64,000 nt of DNA from Candidatus Ryanbacteria bacterium CG10_big_fil_rev_8_21_14_0_10_43_42 (GTDB taxonomy: Bacteria > Patescibacteriota > Minisyncoccia > Ryanbacterales > 2-02-FULL-48-12), in assembly GCA_002793915.1 (NCBI GenBank), contig PFEF01000006.1, positions 97,368-161,367 of the forward strand. Direction: 5' to 3'. The translations under genes were made by a program, and so were the position numbers. Positions 61,360-64,000 of this stretch are shown here, in pieces (the first letter of the stretch is position 1; every line of letters starts with the position of its first letter). The notes beneath the pieces were generated by a model. That model searched no databases. It saw only the letters and a list, made by a program, of their open reading frames with translations, and was not told where the DNA came from.

Positions 61360-62304
61360 GTGGAATCCCTGCAAAACATAAAACGTCGTCTCAAGACCGT
61401 AAAAAACATCGGCCAGATAACAAAGGCCATGGAACTTGTTGCGGCGACAAAAATGCGCAAGAGTCAGGATGTGGCGCTTGCATCTCGCCCGTATGTATAT
61501 ACTGTTCTTGAACTCCTTGCCCAACTTTCGCGCGTAGAGATGCCCTATACGCCTCCCTTGCTGAAGGAGCGGGTAATAAAACGTACCGCCGTTGTTGTAA
61601 TTGCGTCCGATAAGGGGCTCACGGGATCTTTTAATAGTGCCGTGTTTCGTGCTTGTGAAAAATACATGGAAACTAAGCATACGAATGTATCCTCGGTGTA
61701 TATTGCCGTAGGGACCAAGTCCGCTCAATTTCTTCAAAGAAAGGGTTACCCGACGGAGGCATCATTTACGCAATATGGTGATATTACTACGGTAGAAGGA
61801 GTGCGTCCTCTTGCCACCATGCTTTTAAACGGATATCTTTCTCATAAATGGGATTCTGTTGTTATTCTTTCCACTAATTTTAAAAGTGCCCTTTCACAGA
61901 ATGTTGTAACACGAGAAGTGTTTCCGATAACGTTTGAGAGTTTGGAAAAAACAGCCCGGGAGATTATTCCCGTAACAAAACGTTTTACGGAAGAATTTAA
62001 TGAAAAAGGATTTTCTTTTTTTGCGCAAGATGAACGCACGGCAAAGGATCAGGAGTATATTATTGAGCCGTCTCCCGAAAAGGCACTCGAAACATTAATT
62101 CCTCATCTTGTCATGATGCAGATATACCACACTATACTGGAAGCAAATGCATCAGAGCATGCATCCCGCCGGATGGCGATGAAGAACGCCTCGGATAATG
62201 CAAATGATATTTTGGATACGCTTTCCATTGAATATAATAAATCCCGTCAAGCAGGTATTACAAGAGAACTCACCGAAATTACGGCGGGAGCGGAAGCGCT
62301 ATAA
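61360..62304 (+). CDS. atpG: ATP synthase F1 subunit gamma
   Basis: ITKAMELVAA, SDKGL.GSFN, ASEHASR, RQAGITRELTEI. Confidence 0.98.
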   Translation: MESLQNIKRRLKTVKNIGQITKAMELVAATKMRKSQDVALASRPYVYTVLELLAQLSRVEMPYTPPLLKERVIKRTAVVVIASDKGLTGSFNSAVFRACEKYMETKHTNVSSVYIAVGTKSAQFLQRKGYPTEASFTQYGDITTVEGVRPLATMLLNGYLSHKWDSVVILSTNFKSALSQNVVTREVFPITFESLEKTAREIIPVTKRFTEEFNEKGFSFFAQDERTAKDQEYIIEPSPEKALETLIPHLVMMQIYHTILEANASEHASRRMAMKNASDNANDILDTLSIEYNKSRQAGITRELTEITAGAEAL

Positions 62305-62346
62305 TTATGCATATCATAATATAGTGTCAGAAACTCGAACAGATAA

Positions 62347-63720
<1,374 letters not shown>

Positions 63721-63728
63721 ATACTACT

Positions 63729-63989
63729 ATGAAGCTCCGCATATACTCGCTTAAAAATGTGCTGTATCAGGGAGACGCCGTTTCTCTTAACTGCTCTACC
63801 GTCAGTGGCGATATTACCGTTTTAGATAATCACCGGCCGCTTATTTCGGTTCTAACAGGAAGCACGATGTCTATCAAGAATACGGATGGCACCGATAATT
63901 ACATCCCTATCCGCTCTGGTTTCTTGGAAGTAAAAGGCACTAACGAAGTAAGGGTCTTAGTGGAAGAGGATCCGAAACCGGAGCATTAG
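63729..63989 (+). CDS. atpC: ATP synthase F1 subunit epsilon, N-terminal domain only
   Basis: GDITVLDNH.PLI, SGFLEV; TAG stop after 86 aa. Confidence 0.9.
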   Translation: MKLRIYSLKNVLYQGDAVSLNCSTVSGDITVLDNHRPLISVLTGSTMSIKNTDGTDNYIPIRSGFLEVKGTNEVRVLVEEDPKPEH

Positions 63990-64000
63990 TTCTGTGTAAG

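Overview
Core-genome window of a Patescibacteria (CPR, most likely Parcubacteria/OD1) bacterium, judged from 16S signatures (GGAATAGACGG, ACACCTACGGGTGGCTGCAG), a stand-alone 16S gene, shortened SMC/RF1/EF-Ts/ThrRS and the CPR-typical sigma-r4/HARE-HTH plus VirD4-like cluster. It holds translation, repair and replication genes, a 16S rRNA not linked to 23S, four tRNAs (one partial), an F-type ATP synthase operon, a cell-surface cluster and a ~8 kb integrase-less defence islet at tRNA-Ala (XRE HTH, EcoRI-family MTase, DUF262-HNH nuclease, KAP NTPase, Fic). The most unusual signals are non-coding. (1) tRNA-Ile and tRNA-Ala each have an adjacent shadow copy that keeps the tRNA sequence in register but has 5-6 nt stem segments replaced by unrelated 27-28 nt hairpins. 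(2) The 16S 3' tail lacks the CCUCC anti-Shine-Dalgarno core, at least 15 genes have a -10 hexamer 6-7 nt before the start codon (leaderless layout), and several leadered genes carry an AAG(G)GTCGA motif complementary to the 16S h26 loop. All calls come from reading the sequence; no searches or folding programs were run.
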